From Polyangiales bacterium (lineage in GTDB: Bacteria; Myxococcota_A; Polyangia; Polyangiales; Polyangiaceae), in contig JBBRLQ010000002.1 in the NCBI GenBank assembly GCA_038231275.1, forward strand, positions 64,001 to 128,000: 64,000 nt of DNA, in the 5' to 3' direction. Positions within the stretch are counted from its first letter, which is position 1, and each line of letters starts with the position of its first letter. The position numbers and the translations under genes were made by a program. The notes under the pieces were generated by a model, which ran no database searches, was not told where the DNA came from, and was given only the letters and a program-made list of their open reading frames with translations. Of this stretch, positions 30,027 through 39,409 are shown in pieces.

Positions 30027-30851
30027 TCAGTTCTGGATGCAGACGGGGACCGCGCCGCCGTTGATGCCCTTCATCTCGCAGTGCATCCCCTGGGCGCAGT
30101 CGACCGACGCGCAGGTCAGGTTCGAGGTGCCCGGCGTGACCGGCAGGAAGAAGTTCGTCGCGAGGAGCGTGCGCGTCGTCTCCGCGTTGTGGTTCGAGAC
30201 GAGGGCGACGTCGTGGCCGAGGACGAGGAGGCCTTCGGCGCCGAGCTTCATTTCGTCCTCACCCTTGGCGACTTCGGCCTTGCTGCCGGGGCCGTCGAGG
30301 GAGACGTCGTTGATCTCGAGGACCGACTTGGCGCTCGTCTGGTTGGCGGTCGCCTGGCGGTAGTGCGCGTCGTTGCAGGGGCCGGCGACGATGCACTCGC
30401 GCTGGGCCTCGAGGTTGACGAGGAAGAGCTGGTCGAAGTCCTGCGTGGTCGCCTTCGACGCGCCCATCCAGGCCTTGTCGGCCACGAGGGTCGACGACTT
30501 CGTGTCGATCTTGCCCTTCACGACCACGTAGCCGGACTGGAAGCCCGCCGAGAGCTTGGTCTCGGTGGCGGAGTCGAGGTTCAGCTTGCCGAAGTCGACG
30601 CCGAGGACGGCGCAGACGCTCTTCTTCGAGCCGTCGGCGCAGCCGGTGGTCTTCGCGTTCGCGAGGGCGACGCTGACGCCGCCGGTGAGGCCCGGGCCCT
30701 TGCCGAGGAAGAGTCCGCCACCCTTGGTGCTGAGCGCGTCGTCGGTCGAGTCGGCGGAGTTGTTGTCGGTGGCGCCGTCGGGCGAGCCCGAGCAGCCGAC
30801 CGTGAGCGCGAAGAGTGAGGCGACCGAAGCGAGGAGCATCGAGCGAAACAT
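30027..30851 (-). CDS. Lipoprotein, DUF6748-like (copy 2, extra Cys-rich C-terminal module)
   Basis: Highly similar to copy 1; tail TCASVDCAQGMHCEM...PVC. Confidence 0.7.
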   Translation of the reverse strand: MFRSMLLASVASLFALTVGCSGSPDGATDNNSADSTDDALSTKGGGLFLGKGPGLTGGVSVALANAKTTGCADGSKKSVCAVLGVDFGKLNLDSATETKLSAGFQSGYVVVKGKIDTKSSTLVADKAWMGASKATTQDFDQLFLVNLEAQRECIVAGPCNDAHYRQATANQTSAKSVLEINDVSLDGPGSKAEVAKGEDEMKLGAEGLLVLGHDVALVSNHNAETTRTLLATNFFLPVTPGTSNLTCASVDCAQGMHCEMKGINGGAVPVCIQN

Positions 30852-30901
30852 GGCGGGGAATCCTTCTTTTTGATTTTCGAGGAAGTCGGGGGGTTCGCTC
30901 G

Positions 30902-30942
30902 CCTGACACCGGAATGGATCTGATGTCGCACAAACACCTTCA
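30902..30942 (-). promoter_or_regulatory. Conserved upstream motif, copy 2
   Basis: Matches 29883-29923. Confidence 0.6.
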
Positions 30943-31077
30943 GTTTGCGCAAACTTATGGAACTGCTCATATTTGGTTGGCACGCTTAACCATTTGCGGG
31001 CATTGCGGCGCTTTCAGGGTTGGTCGAGCTGCGATCCTCGATTATCCCCGGGGATTCCTGCGAGGGACCCCCACCGG

Positions 31078-31950
31078 ATGCGCCGTACCCTTCCCCTCCT
31101 GTTCTTGGCCCTAGGCCTCGCCGGGCTCGTGCCTGCGTGCACCGAAGCGTCTGCGCAGACGCGCGGTACGGCCCCCGCCGACGCCGGGGTTGCGGTCACC
31201 GGTGCCCTCCTCGCGAGCACGAGCCTGGCTGGCGGTGGTGGTAGTGCGGACGCCGGCCTCGCGCGCGCCGCGGCCGGGTCCGCGGACGCCTGCCCGCAGG
31301 GCATGGTCCTGGTCGAAGGCGAGTACTGCCCGAATGTCGAGCAGACGTGCCTGCGCTACCGCGATCCGCCCGTTGGCCCCTACGCGTACTTCCGTTGCGA
31401 CGAGTACCAGAAGCCCGCGAAGTGCGCCGGCAAGCGCGTGCACAAGCGCTTCTGCATCGACGCGGTCGAGCACCTCGAGCCGGGCACCGATCTGCCGATG
31501 AACGGCAAATCGTGGACGGACGCCACGCGTGTGTGCGAGTCCGAGGGCGCGCGCCTCTGCATGACGAGCGAGTGGCAGTTCGCGTGCGAGGGCGAAGAGA
31601 TGCGGCCGTACCCCTACGGCTGGGACCGTGACTCGACGGCGTGCAACGTCGACATCGAGCGCGGGCTCGGGCGCGTTGGGAAGCTCGTCGATCACCGCAC
31701 CCCCGCGAGCGCGCACCCCAAGTGCGTGAGCCCGTTCGGCGTCCACGACATGAGCGGCAACGTCGACGAGTGGGCGACAGTCGACGGCGCGCCGCGCGGC
31801 GTTCGCGAGGTCATGAAGGGCTCGTGGTGGATGCCTGGGCGTCACGCGTGCCGGCAGTTCCAGGGCGGCCACGGTGCGGGCTACGGCGGCACCGAGAGCG
31901 GCGTCCGCTGCTGCAAGGACGCGCCGGCGAACCACCTCGCGACGCGCTGA
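31078..31950 (+). CDS. SUMF1/FGE-fold lipoprotein, paralog of 27949-28791
   Basis: Lipobox VPAC; CPQGMVLVEG, RLCMTSEWQFACEG, FGVHDMSGNVDEW, GVRCC. Confidence 0.88.
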   Translation: MRRTLPLLFLALGLAGLVPACTEASAQTRGTAPADAGVAVTGALLASTSLAGGGGSADAGLARAAAGSADACPQGMVLVEGEYCPNVEQTCLRYRDPPVGPYAYFRCDEYQKPAKCAGKRVHKRFCIDAVEHLEPGTDLPMNGKSWTDATRVCESEGARLCMTSEWQFACEGEEMRPYPYGWDRDSTACNVDIERGLGRVGKLVDHRTPASAHPKCVSPFGVHDMSGNVDEWATVDGAPRGVREVMKGSWWMPGRHACRQFQGGHGAGYGGTESGVRCCKDAPANHLATR

Positions 31951-31972
31951 TCGCGACCCGTCGCGACGCCTC

Positions 31973-33223
31973 TTACTGCTCGAAGCCGAGGAGGACGAGG
32001 TGCGTCGCGTCGCCCATGTTCCCGAAATCAGGGCGCAGCGTGTAGCCGATCTGAAGGCCCACCGCGTGGACGCTGACGCCGGCGGCCATGCGCACCGACC
32101 GAAGGCGAACCGTGTCGTCGATGAGCTGCACCTGCCCGGCGTTCAGCGCAAAGTGCGTATTTTTGCGACGGATCAGCGTGTTCGAGAGACCTAGCTCCGG
32201 GACGACGTAGATGGGGACGGGGCCTGCGAGGAAGAGGAATCGGTAGCCGCCGTTGAGCTCGATAATCTCCGCGAGGTGAGAGGAGGTCGTGGTCGACGCG
32301 TCGGGGTTCGACGTGTCGCCGAACGCCAGCGCGAGGCGCGCCGTCAGCGAGATGCGATCGAACGCGATGAGGCTGCCGGCGAGGTAGGCGCCGTAATACG
32401 TGTCCGGCGACGTGATGTGCATCGCGAAGCCGAGACCGAAGTCGCCGAACGTGATGCGACCCAGGTACGGCGTCTGGCGCCCCATCTCCTGGCGCAGCGT
32501 GGCGAGGCGGTGCGACGGGATGCCGAACGCGATCCCCTGCGAGTCCTTGAGCTGCGACGAGACCACCGCGAGGACGCGCCCGTCGCACGCGAGGAGCGGG
32601 CCGCCGGAGTTGCCGGGGTTGAGCGGCGCGTCGGTCTGGATGAAGGCGTCGTTCTTCGCACTGACGACGCCTTGCGAGACGCTCCACTCGAGGAGGCCGC
32701 GCATGCTCGACGGCAGGAGCGGTGAGTATTGCGGGTGACCGATGGCGGCGACAGGCGTGCCGAGATCGACGTGATCGCTGTCGGCGAGCTCCAATGGCGT
32801 CGCCTCGACCGGCGCCTCGAGCTCGAGGATCGCCAGATCGTGCTCGCCGCTGACCGCGACGACGTGCGCGTCGAGCGCGGGGCCGGTCGCGAACTGCACC
32901 TTCGCGGCGCGGCCGAGCGCGACGACGTGGAGCGCCGTGGCGACGTGACGGTTGTCGAAGACGAGGAAGCCCGCGCCGAACGAGCCCGGCACCTCGATGC
33001 GCGCGACCGAGCCGTGCGCGAGGCGGTACACGCGGCTCGTCCATCCCCCTTCGCACGCCGGCGACGCCGCCACCGCCTGCGCGCGCGCGACGCGAGGCGC
33101 CAGAAGAAGAATCGCGAGCGCGAAGAGCGCGAAGAGACGCCGCACGCTCAAGGCCTGACCGGAAAAGCCGGACAGGCCTTTCCCCCAGGAGCGTTTCGCT
33201 CCGCTGCGCTTCGCTCCACTCAT
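31973..33223 (-). CDS. Trypsin-like (S1C) serine protease with beta-strand-rich C-terminal domain; true start may be slightly downstream
   Basis: TALHVV, DLAIL, IQTDAPLNPGNSGGP; signal peptide; no PDZ domain. Confidence 0.88.
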   Translation of the reverse strand: MSGAKRSGAKRSWGKGLSGFSGQALSVRRLFALFALAILLLAPRVARAQAVAASPACEGGWTSRVYRLAHGSVARIEVPGSFGAGFLVFDNRHVATALHVVALGRAAKVQFATGPALDAHVVAVSGEHDLAILELEAPVEATPLELADSDHVDLGTPVAAIGHPQYSPLLPSSMRGLLEWSVSQGVVSAKNDAFIQTDAPLNPGNSGGPLLACDGRVLAVVSSQLKDSQGIAFGIPSHRLATLRQEMGRQTPYLGRITFGDFGLGFAMHITSPDTYYGAYLAGSLIAFDRISLTARLALAFGDTSNPDASTTTSSHLAEIIELNGGYRFLFLAGPVPIYVVPELGLSNTLIRRKNTHFALNAGQVQLIDDTVRLRSVRMAAGVSVHAVGLQIGYTLRPDFGNMGDATHLVLLGFEQ

Positions 33224-33798
33224 CAGCTCCCGAAGCGCGCGACCAGCGCCTTCGCGCGCTCGGTGAACTCCGCCAGCTTGAAGCGATCGAAATCGGTCCA
33301 GGTGCAGAGCGATCGGGTGTCGACGACGCGATCGACGAAGAGCTTGCCGTCGAGGTGATCGACCTCGTGCTGGTAGGTGCCCGCCGTGAGCCCCGCCGCC
33401 TCGAAATCGAGCTCGGCCCCCGCGCGGTCCCAGGCCTTCACGTGGATCTTCACGCTCCGCGGGACTTCGCCGCGCAGGTTCGGCACGCTGAGGCAGCCCT
33501 CGTAGTTGAGGAACGTCTCGCTCGACACGAGCTCGATCGTCGGGTTGACGAGGATCGTGAGGGGGATGTTCGGCTTGTAGGGGTAGCGCGGGTTGTCCTT
33601 GACGTGCAGCGCGCAGATGCGAACCGGCTCGTAGACCTGGTTGGCGGCGATCCCAGCGCCGTTCGCGTCGAACATCGTCTCGACCAGATCGTCGATGAAC
33701 CCTTGCATCTTCGGGGATGCGAGCTCGTCCTTGGACACGGCGCGCGTGGGCTGCCGGAGGATCGGGTTGCCGATCGTCGCGATCTTGCGAAGGGCCAT
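33223..33798 (-). CDS. def: Peptide deformylase
   Basis: GIAANQV, EGCLS, QHEVDHL. Confidence 0.96.
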   Translation of the reverse strand: MALRKIATIGNPILRQPTRAVSKDELASPKMQGFIDDLVETMFDANGAGIAANQVYEPVRICALHVKDNPRYPYKPNIPLTILVNPTIELVSSETFLNYEGCLSVPNLRGEVPRSVKIHVKAWDRAGAELDFEAAGLTAGTYQHEVDHLDGKLFVDRVVDTRSLCTWTDFDRFKLAEFTERAKALVARFGS

Positions 33799-33819
33799 CG
33801 CGGGCACCCTAGCAGCTTT

Positions 33820-34791
33820 TCAGAGCCACTTCTTGTGACGGAACCACCCGAGGATGACGAGCGTAGTCAAGGCCATGAGGCCGAGCGCGTACGGGTAGCC
33901 AAACTCCCACTTGAGCTCGGGCATCCGCTCGAAGTTCATCCCGTAGACGCCGGCGATGAACGTTATGGGGAGCATGACCGTGCTCATCAGCGTGAGCGTC
34001 TTCATGACCTCGTTCATGCGGTTGCCCTGGACGCTCAGGTACGCCTCCAGCGTGTTCGAGAGGAGCTCGCGGTTGCTCTCCGCCAGATCGGTGATGCGCG
34101 AGAAGGCGTCGTACACGTCGCGGAAGAAGGGCGAGGCCTCGGGCGGGATCAGCTCGAACTCGCCGCGACCCAGGCGCAAGAGCATCTCGCGCTGGTGGAG
34201 CGACGTGCGGCGCAGACGCTGGAGCGAGCGTTTCAGCGTGAAAATTTGGCGCAAGAGCGCGGGGCCGCGCGGCGTACCGGCCGCGTCCAGGATCTTCTCC
34301 TCGAGCACCGCGATCTCCTGATCGAAGCGATCGACGAGCGGGAGAAAGTCGTCGACCATGTGATCGAGCAGCGCGTGCGCCACCCACGGCGCCCCCTTCG
34401 CGAGCGGGCGCGCGCAGCGGGCGAGCCCGTCGGCGACCGCCTTCACCGCCGCCGAATCGCGGTTGTGCGTGAGCACGAAATTCTTGCCGAGGACGACGTC
34501 GAGCTCCATCGTCTCGAGCTTCTCGGTGCTGGAGCCGACGCGCACGCTGTGGCCGACGACGTAGAGGTACGTCGTGAAGTCCTCGACCTTCGGGGACTCG
34601 GTGTCGTTCCAGATGTCCTCTTGCGTGAGCGGATGGATGCCGAACGTCTTCGTGAGGAGGCCGTCGGTTTCCTTGGTGCGCTTCTCCAGGTCCACCCAGA
34701 GCTGCTTGTTCGCCTTGTGCGCGGCGTCGACCTCGTCGGCGCTCGTCGTCTCGACGATCGCGCCATCGGGGCCGAGGATGTGCGCGCGCAT
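33820..34791 (-). CDS. corA: Magnesium/cobalt transporter CorA
   Basis: HPLTQED, MNEVMKTLT, YGMNF, MPELKW. Confidence 0.95.
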   Translation of the reverse strand: MRAHILGPDGAIVETTSADEVDAAHKANKQLWVDLEKRTKETDGLLTKTFGIHPLTQEDIWNDTESPKVEDFTTYLYVVGHSVRVGSSTEKLETMELDVVLGKNFVLTHNRDSAAVKAVADGLARCARPLAKGAPWVAHALLDHMVDDFLPLVDRFDQEIAVLEEKILDAAGTPRGPALLRQIFTLKRSLQRLRRTSLHQREMLLRLGRGEFELIPPEASPFFRDVYDAFSRITDLAESNRELLSNTLEAYLSVQGNRMNEVMKTLTLMSTVMLPITFIAGVYGMNFERMPELKWEFGYPYALGLMALTTLVILGWFRHKKWL

Positions 34792-34803
34792 GGTCCGCCG
34801 TCG

Positions 34804-36843
34804 TCAGCGCTTGGCGGCGAGGATGAGCGTGCGCGGCGAGTCGCAGCCGAAGAAGACGCCGGGGGTCGCCGTGCGGCCGCTCACCTCGGCGACGCGGAAG
34901 CCCTGCTCGTGAAGGACCCGCCCGAGCTCGTGGAGGGCGTACACGCGGATCGAGTACTCGATCTCCTTCGTACGGCCGTCGTCCATCATCATCGTGCGCT
35001 TGACCTTCATGCGGCTGGTGATCCAGTCGATCTGCATCTCGTCCATGCAGATGCAGCCCTCGCCCTCGAACCACGCGAGCGACGGGGACTGCTTCATGAT
35101 GTAGTCGCGGTTCACGACGTCGAGCAGGAACACGCCACCCGGCCGCAGCGCCTTGTGAACCCGCGAGATGACCTGGGCGTTCTTCTCCTCGTCGAAGTAG
35201 CCGAAGCTCGTGCCCCAGCAATAGACGCCGTCGAACTGCTCGTCGAACGTCATGTCGCGCATGTCGCCTTGCACGAAGTTGAGGCGTGCCTCGCGGTCGT
35301 AGGCCTCGTCGGCGGCGCGCGCGAGCATGGCGAGGGAGAGATCGAAGCCGACGACGTGGTAGCCGCGCTGGGTGAGCTCGATCGCGTGGAGGCCGGTGCC
35401 GCATCCGAGATCGAGCAGGACGCCGTCGCGCGCGACGCCGAGGCTCTCTTCGATGAACGTGCTCTCGGCGCCGATTTGGCCGTCGGTGACCTTGGCCGAC
35501 GCGCGGATGAAGTCGTCGTTGAAGAGCTCCTCCCACCAAGGACGGATGCGCTTGCGGGCGGCGGCGGCCTCGGTGAGCGGCGGCGGCGCGAGCGCACCGG
35601 ACGATGGAGGTGAGATGACGCGCGCGCGGTTGTCGGTGCGCGCGTCGGCGCCGCCTGGCGGAGACGGTGCCGCTACGGCGCTCGAGGCAGCCACGGCGCC
35701 GGCAGGAGGCGAAGGCGCGACGGCGGCGGCCGGGGGCGACGGAGAGCTCGACGAGACCGCGGACGCCTGCGGTACTCCCGCCTGAACCGAGACCGCGGGA
35801 GGAAGCGGAGGCTTCGCGGCGGGCGGCGGCGGGTTGCTGGGCGGCGGCGGCGGGATCGACTTCGCCTTCGGCCGCATCGGCGGAATTCCAGGTGGCACGG
35901 GCGCGGCCTTCGGCAACGACTCGACGCTCACGAGATCGTCGACCGAGATCTCCGGCGCGTCCCCCGGCTCCGACGGGCGCGGACGCGGATACGCGTGCGC
36001 GTTCGGGTTCGGCTCGCTCTGCGTTGGCGTCGGCTCTTCTTCTTCGAAGCGGACGTCCTCGCCTTCCGGATCGGCGTTGATCATCGCGCGCATCGGCGCG
36101 CGCGCGGGCGGCAAGGGCCCAAACGGCGGGCTCGAGCGCGACGCTCCGTGCGTGGGCGGACTCGAGGCGTGCGCGGGCGGTGTCGACGCGTGGGTCGCCG
36201 ACGGTCCGGCGGGGCGTGAAGGCACGCGCCCTGCAGCGGGCCCTGCGGGGACGCTCGACGGACCGCCTCCCACGTCGAGCTGCGTCTCCGGCGCATCGCC
36301 GAGGCCGTCCATCACCGGGATCTCTTCGGAGATCGGCCTCACGTATTCCATCGTCGCATCAGGATCGAGATCATGCGTGCGCGGGGTGTTCGGCGCGGCG
36401 TCCGCACCGTCGGCGGCGGTCGGTTGGTAGGGCGTCCAGCTGTCCTCACGCTCCACCTTCGGGACCCCGAGCGGGAGCGGCGCCGGGCTATCGTCGCCGT
36501 CGTCCTCCATCGGCGGCGGGCCTACCGAAATGATGCGCGTGCCCTGGATCGGCTGCCCTTCCTCGATCGGCTCGCCGGAGTCGATCGGCTCGGCGACCGG
36601 CATCGCGCGCGGCGTCGGGCGCGAGACCTCGTCGTCGGGGATGCGCAGGGTCATGCGCGCACGGACGCGGCGGGCGCTCGGAGTGTCCCCGCTGGCCCGG
36701 CGTTGCGAGGGGCGATCGTGGGGGAGCGCCTTCTCCGGCTTCGGCTCCACGGGAGGCGGCTTCGCGGTGATCTCGTCCTCTTGCGGGGCGGCGACCTCGG
36801 TCTCCGAGTCGGCCGGCGCCGTGACCCGATTGTCGTCGGTCAT
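34804..36843 (-). CDS. Class I SAM-dependent methyltransferase with long Pro/acidic disordered N-terminus
   Basis: LDLGCGTG, GFDLS, GDMR, FDGV, TSFGYF, LRPGG in the C-terminal third. Confidence 0.88.
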   Translation of the reverse strand: MTDDNRVTAPADSETEVAAPQEDEITAKPPPVEPKPEKALPHDRPSQRRASGDTPSARRVRARMTLRIPDDEVSRPTPRAMPVAEPIDSGEPIEEGQPIQGTRIISVGPPPMEDDGDDSPAPLPLGVPKVEREDSWTPYQPTAADGADAAPNTPRTHDLDPDATMEYVRPISEEIPVMDGLGDAPETQLDVGGGPSSVPAGPAAGRVPSRPAGPSATHASTPPAHASSPPTHGASRSSPPFGPLPPARAPMRAMINADPEGEDVRFEEEEPTPTQSEPNPNAHAYPRPRPSEPGDAPEISVDDLVSVESLPKAAPVPPGIPPMRPKAKSIPPPPPSNPPPPAAKPPLPPAVSVQAGVPQASAVSSSSPSPPAAAVAPSPPAGAVAASSAVAAPSPPGGADARTDNRARVISPPSSGALAPPPLTEAAAARKRIRPWWEELFNDDFIRASAKVTDGQIGAESTFIEESLGVARDGVLLDLGCGTGLHAIELTQRGYHVVGFDLSLAMLARAADEAYDREARLNFVQGDMRDMTFDEQFDGVYCWGTSFGYFDEEKNAQVISRVHKALRPGGVFLLDVVNRDYIMKQSPSLAWFEGEGCICMDEMQIDWITSRMKVKRTMMMDDGRTKEIEYSIRVYALHELGRVLHEQGFRVAEVSGRTATPGVFFGCDSPRTLILAAKR

Positions 36844-37730
36844 GCGCCGCCTCCGTGTCGCGACGCGCCGTTCCCGGCACGTGCGTGCATAGCGGTGGCG
36901 ACGGCGCGCGCGAGCGGCTCGCCGTAGAGGATGGGGCCCTCGCCGGCGCACCACTTCTCGACGGCTTTGGGCTCGAGGAAGACGACCGCGGTCGAGCCGA
37001 GGTGGAACATCCCGAGCTCCTCGCCGCGCGCGACCGGGCGCGGCGCGTCCTCGAAGCGGTGATCGCCGAGCGGCACGTCGTGACCGGGGACGCAGGTGAG
37101 CGTGATTCGCCCGACGATCATCGCGACCACCATCACGACCGTCACGCGCCCCAAATCCGGCGTGTCGATTACGATGGCAACGCGGCGGTTGCGCGCGAAG
37201 AGGTTCTTGACGTGACGCATGCCGATCGAGTTGACCGGGAAGTAGTCGCCCGGTAGCGACCGGACGAGGGTGATCTGACCACTCACCGGCGAGTGGACGC
37301 GGTGGTAGTCCCGCGGCGACAGGTACACGACGCAGCCGCCGCCGCCTTCGTAGCGCCCGACGTCCTTGGCGTCGCCGATGAGCTCCTCGACCGCGTAGTC
37401 GGTGCCCTTCACGCGGAAGCGCCGGCCGTCCACGCGCCCCATCGACTCGACGCGGCCGTCCGCCGGGCTCACGACGACGCGCGGGTCGTCGTCGATCGGG
37501 CGCGCGCCATGAACGAGATCGCGGGTGAAGAAATCGTCGAAGCTCTCCCACCCGCCCTGACGAACGCACTCGGCGAAGCTCACGTCGTAGGCCTTCGAAT
37601 ACACGCCTACGACGGCGCGGCCGACGGCGGGGCTCCAGGAGTGGTCGGCCAAGCGACCGATCGCCCGCCCGATGCCCGCACGCGGCAAGACGCGAAGGAG
37701 CTGGGCGGTGGCGTACGTAAGTGCGCTCAT
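36840..37730 (-). CDS. psd: Phosphatidylserine decarboxylase proenzyme
   Basis: FFTR, SPADG, YLSPRDYHRVHSP, LGST self-cleavage motif. Confidence 0.94.
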   Translation of the reverse strand: MSALTYATAQLLRVLPRAGIGRAIGRLADHSWSPAVGRAVVGVYSKAYDVSFAECVRQGGWESFDDFFTRDLVHGARPIDDDPRVVVSPADGRVESMGRVDGRRFRVKGTDYAVEELIGDAKDVGRYEGGGGCVVYLSPRDYHRVHSPVSGQITLVRSLPGDYFPVNSIGMRHVKNLFARNRRVAIVIDTPDLGRVTVVMVVAMIVGRITLTCVPGHDVPLGDHRFEDAPRPVARGEELGMFHLGSTAVVFLEPKAVEKWCAGEGPILYGEPLARAVATAMHARAGNGASRHGGGA

Positions 37731-37870
37731 ACGGGATTTCGGTGTGGGCGTGGTTGAGACCACACCTTTTTTGGATGCTATCGCCCGCCCGACAACGGGG
37801 TCAACGCGTCGTTCTAGCGCGGTTCTCTTTTGCATTGGCCGGACCGCGTTGGCCTTCTCGTGGGTCGCCC

Positions 37871-39409
37871 TCAATCTTTGCCGAGGGGGGGCTCTCCCAT
37901 CTTTCGGGCCGCCTCGCACAAGAGGCGCCCCGCCGCGTTCTCCGGCGCTTTCGCGGGGTCCAGCGTCTCGCAGGCCGCCTCCTCGTCGTACGGATTGGCC
38001 GAAATCGCCTCGACGAACGCTGGATCGGCGACCGCCATATCGTCGCGATCGCGGGCCCATCGCCCTCGGATGGCCCACCATCCGGAGAACGACGCGGAGA
38101 CCTCTTTCGGGTCGGCGAGGAGCGTCTCCCCTTCCTTACGCCGGCCCAGCGCCTCGAGCGTGCGCGCCTTCATGTGACGAACGCTCGGATCGAGCCCGAA
38201 ATCCTTGGGCGGGATGTGACCGAGCTCGGTGAGCGCCTGCTCGGGGTGCTCGCGTCCGTAGAGGAGCTCCGCGAGGCGCATGCGCTCGCGCGTCTCGCGC
38301 ATGTTCGTGGGCGCGTTGCCGAGGCCCATCAGCTCGAGCACGGTCATGTCCTTCTTCGTCCCGACGAGGCTCGCCCGCCAGCGAACGTCCCAGGTCTTCA
38401 TGTCCGCGCCGGTGGCGAGCACGAGCGACTCGTCGACGGTCTTGCCCTTCCGAAGCGCGGCGAGGAGGCCCTGCATCGCGTCGGGCTTCGACGTCTGCGC
38501 GACGTAGCGGACGAAGCTCGTCACCTCGGCGAACGCCACGAGCGCGGCGTCGGCGCTGGGGAGCATCGCGATGGATGGCCCGAGCTTGTCGAGCGGGATG
38601 TCCATCTTCATCTCGACGCCGCGCACCACGATCGAGTCGACCGGCGGGCGATCGTCGAACGGTCCGGGCGCGCGCCATCGGACCTCCTCGCGCTTGGCCA
38701 TCCCCTCTTGCAGCCACAATGGCGCGCGATCGGCGGTCGCGCGGGTGACGGCGAGGTGCGTGAGCTCGTGGGCGATCGTATCGCGCCACGAATACCCGTG
38801 CCGGCTCGCGCGCGGCGAGAGGAGCGTCACCCTCCCCCATTTCGCGACCGCCACCGTCCCCGTCGTCGTCGCCGCCTCGTACGGGAGGCCGGTCATCGCC
38901 GCGAGGCTCAGCAAATCGCGCACGATCGTGATGCGGGTGGGCTTGGGCCACGTCACGCCGAGATCGCGCGTGAGGGCGTCGCGCGAGGCCACGATCGTCT
39001 CGGTGACGAGCGGCCCGAGCGCGCGATCGTTCTCGTCCTGGTAACGGATCTCGATCGCGTGCGTGTCGTCCCGCTCGACGACGGTGGCGGCGGTGGCGCG
39101 CGCGCAGCCACGGGCGATGTCGGCGAAGACGGCCCCCTGCTCGGTCTTCGCGAGCTCGGGGCGCGCGAGGATCACAGCGGCGCCGTCGCAGTCGCCTTCG
39201 TAGATCGCGAGGCGCGCGCGCTCGAGGCCGAGGAGAGGGCTGTCGAGATCGCCCCCCTCGAGCTCCTTCCGCGCGTCCGCGTAGTCGAGGGCCAGAGTGG
39301 CTTCTGCGGCGCGTGACGCGCGCCCGGGCGAGTCGTCGAACGCGGCGTGCGACGGCGCAGCGGACGCGAGCCCTACGAGCGCGGCGACGTAGAAGAGGAC
39401 GCGCTTCAT
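37871..39409 (-). CDS. Secreted zinc metallopeptidase (MA clan) with TPR-like helices
   Basis: Signal peptide; AHELTH followed by PLWLQEG. Confidence 0.85.
   Translation of the reverse strand: MKRVLFYVAALVGLASAAPSHAAFDDSPGRASRAAEATLALDYADARKELEGGDLDSPLLGLERARLAIYEGDCDGAAVILARPELAKTEQGAVFADIARGCARATAATVVERDDTHAIEIRYQDENDRALGPLVTETIVASRDALTRDLGVTWPKPTRITIVRDLLSLAAMTGLPYEAATTTGTVAVAKWGRVTLLSPRASRHGYSWRDTIAHELTHLAVTRATADRAPLWLQEGMAKREEVRWRAPGPFDDRPPVDSIVVRGVEMKMDIPLDKLGPSIAMLPSADAALVAFAEVTSFVRYVAQTSKPDAMQGLLAALRKGKTVDESLVLATGADMKTWDVRWRASLVGTKKDMTVLELMGLGNAPTNMRETRERMRLAELLYGREHPEQALTELGHIPPKDFGLDPSVRHMKARTLEALGRRKEGETLLADPKEVSASFSGWWAIRGRWARDRDDMAVADPAFVEAISANPYDEEAACETLDPAKAPENAAGRLLCEAARKMGEPPLGKD

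Noticed and set aside
30977..30998. TGGCACG...TTGC as a sigma-54 promoter
   Set aside because: Spacing is 5 nt too long for GG-N10-GC
27949..31950. Diversity-generating retroelement targeting the FGE/C-lectin-fold genes
   Set aside because: No reverse transcriptase, and no template/variable repeat pair differing only at adenines
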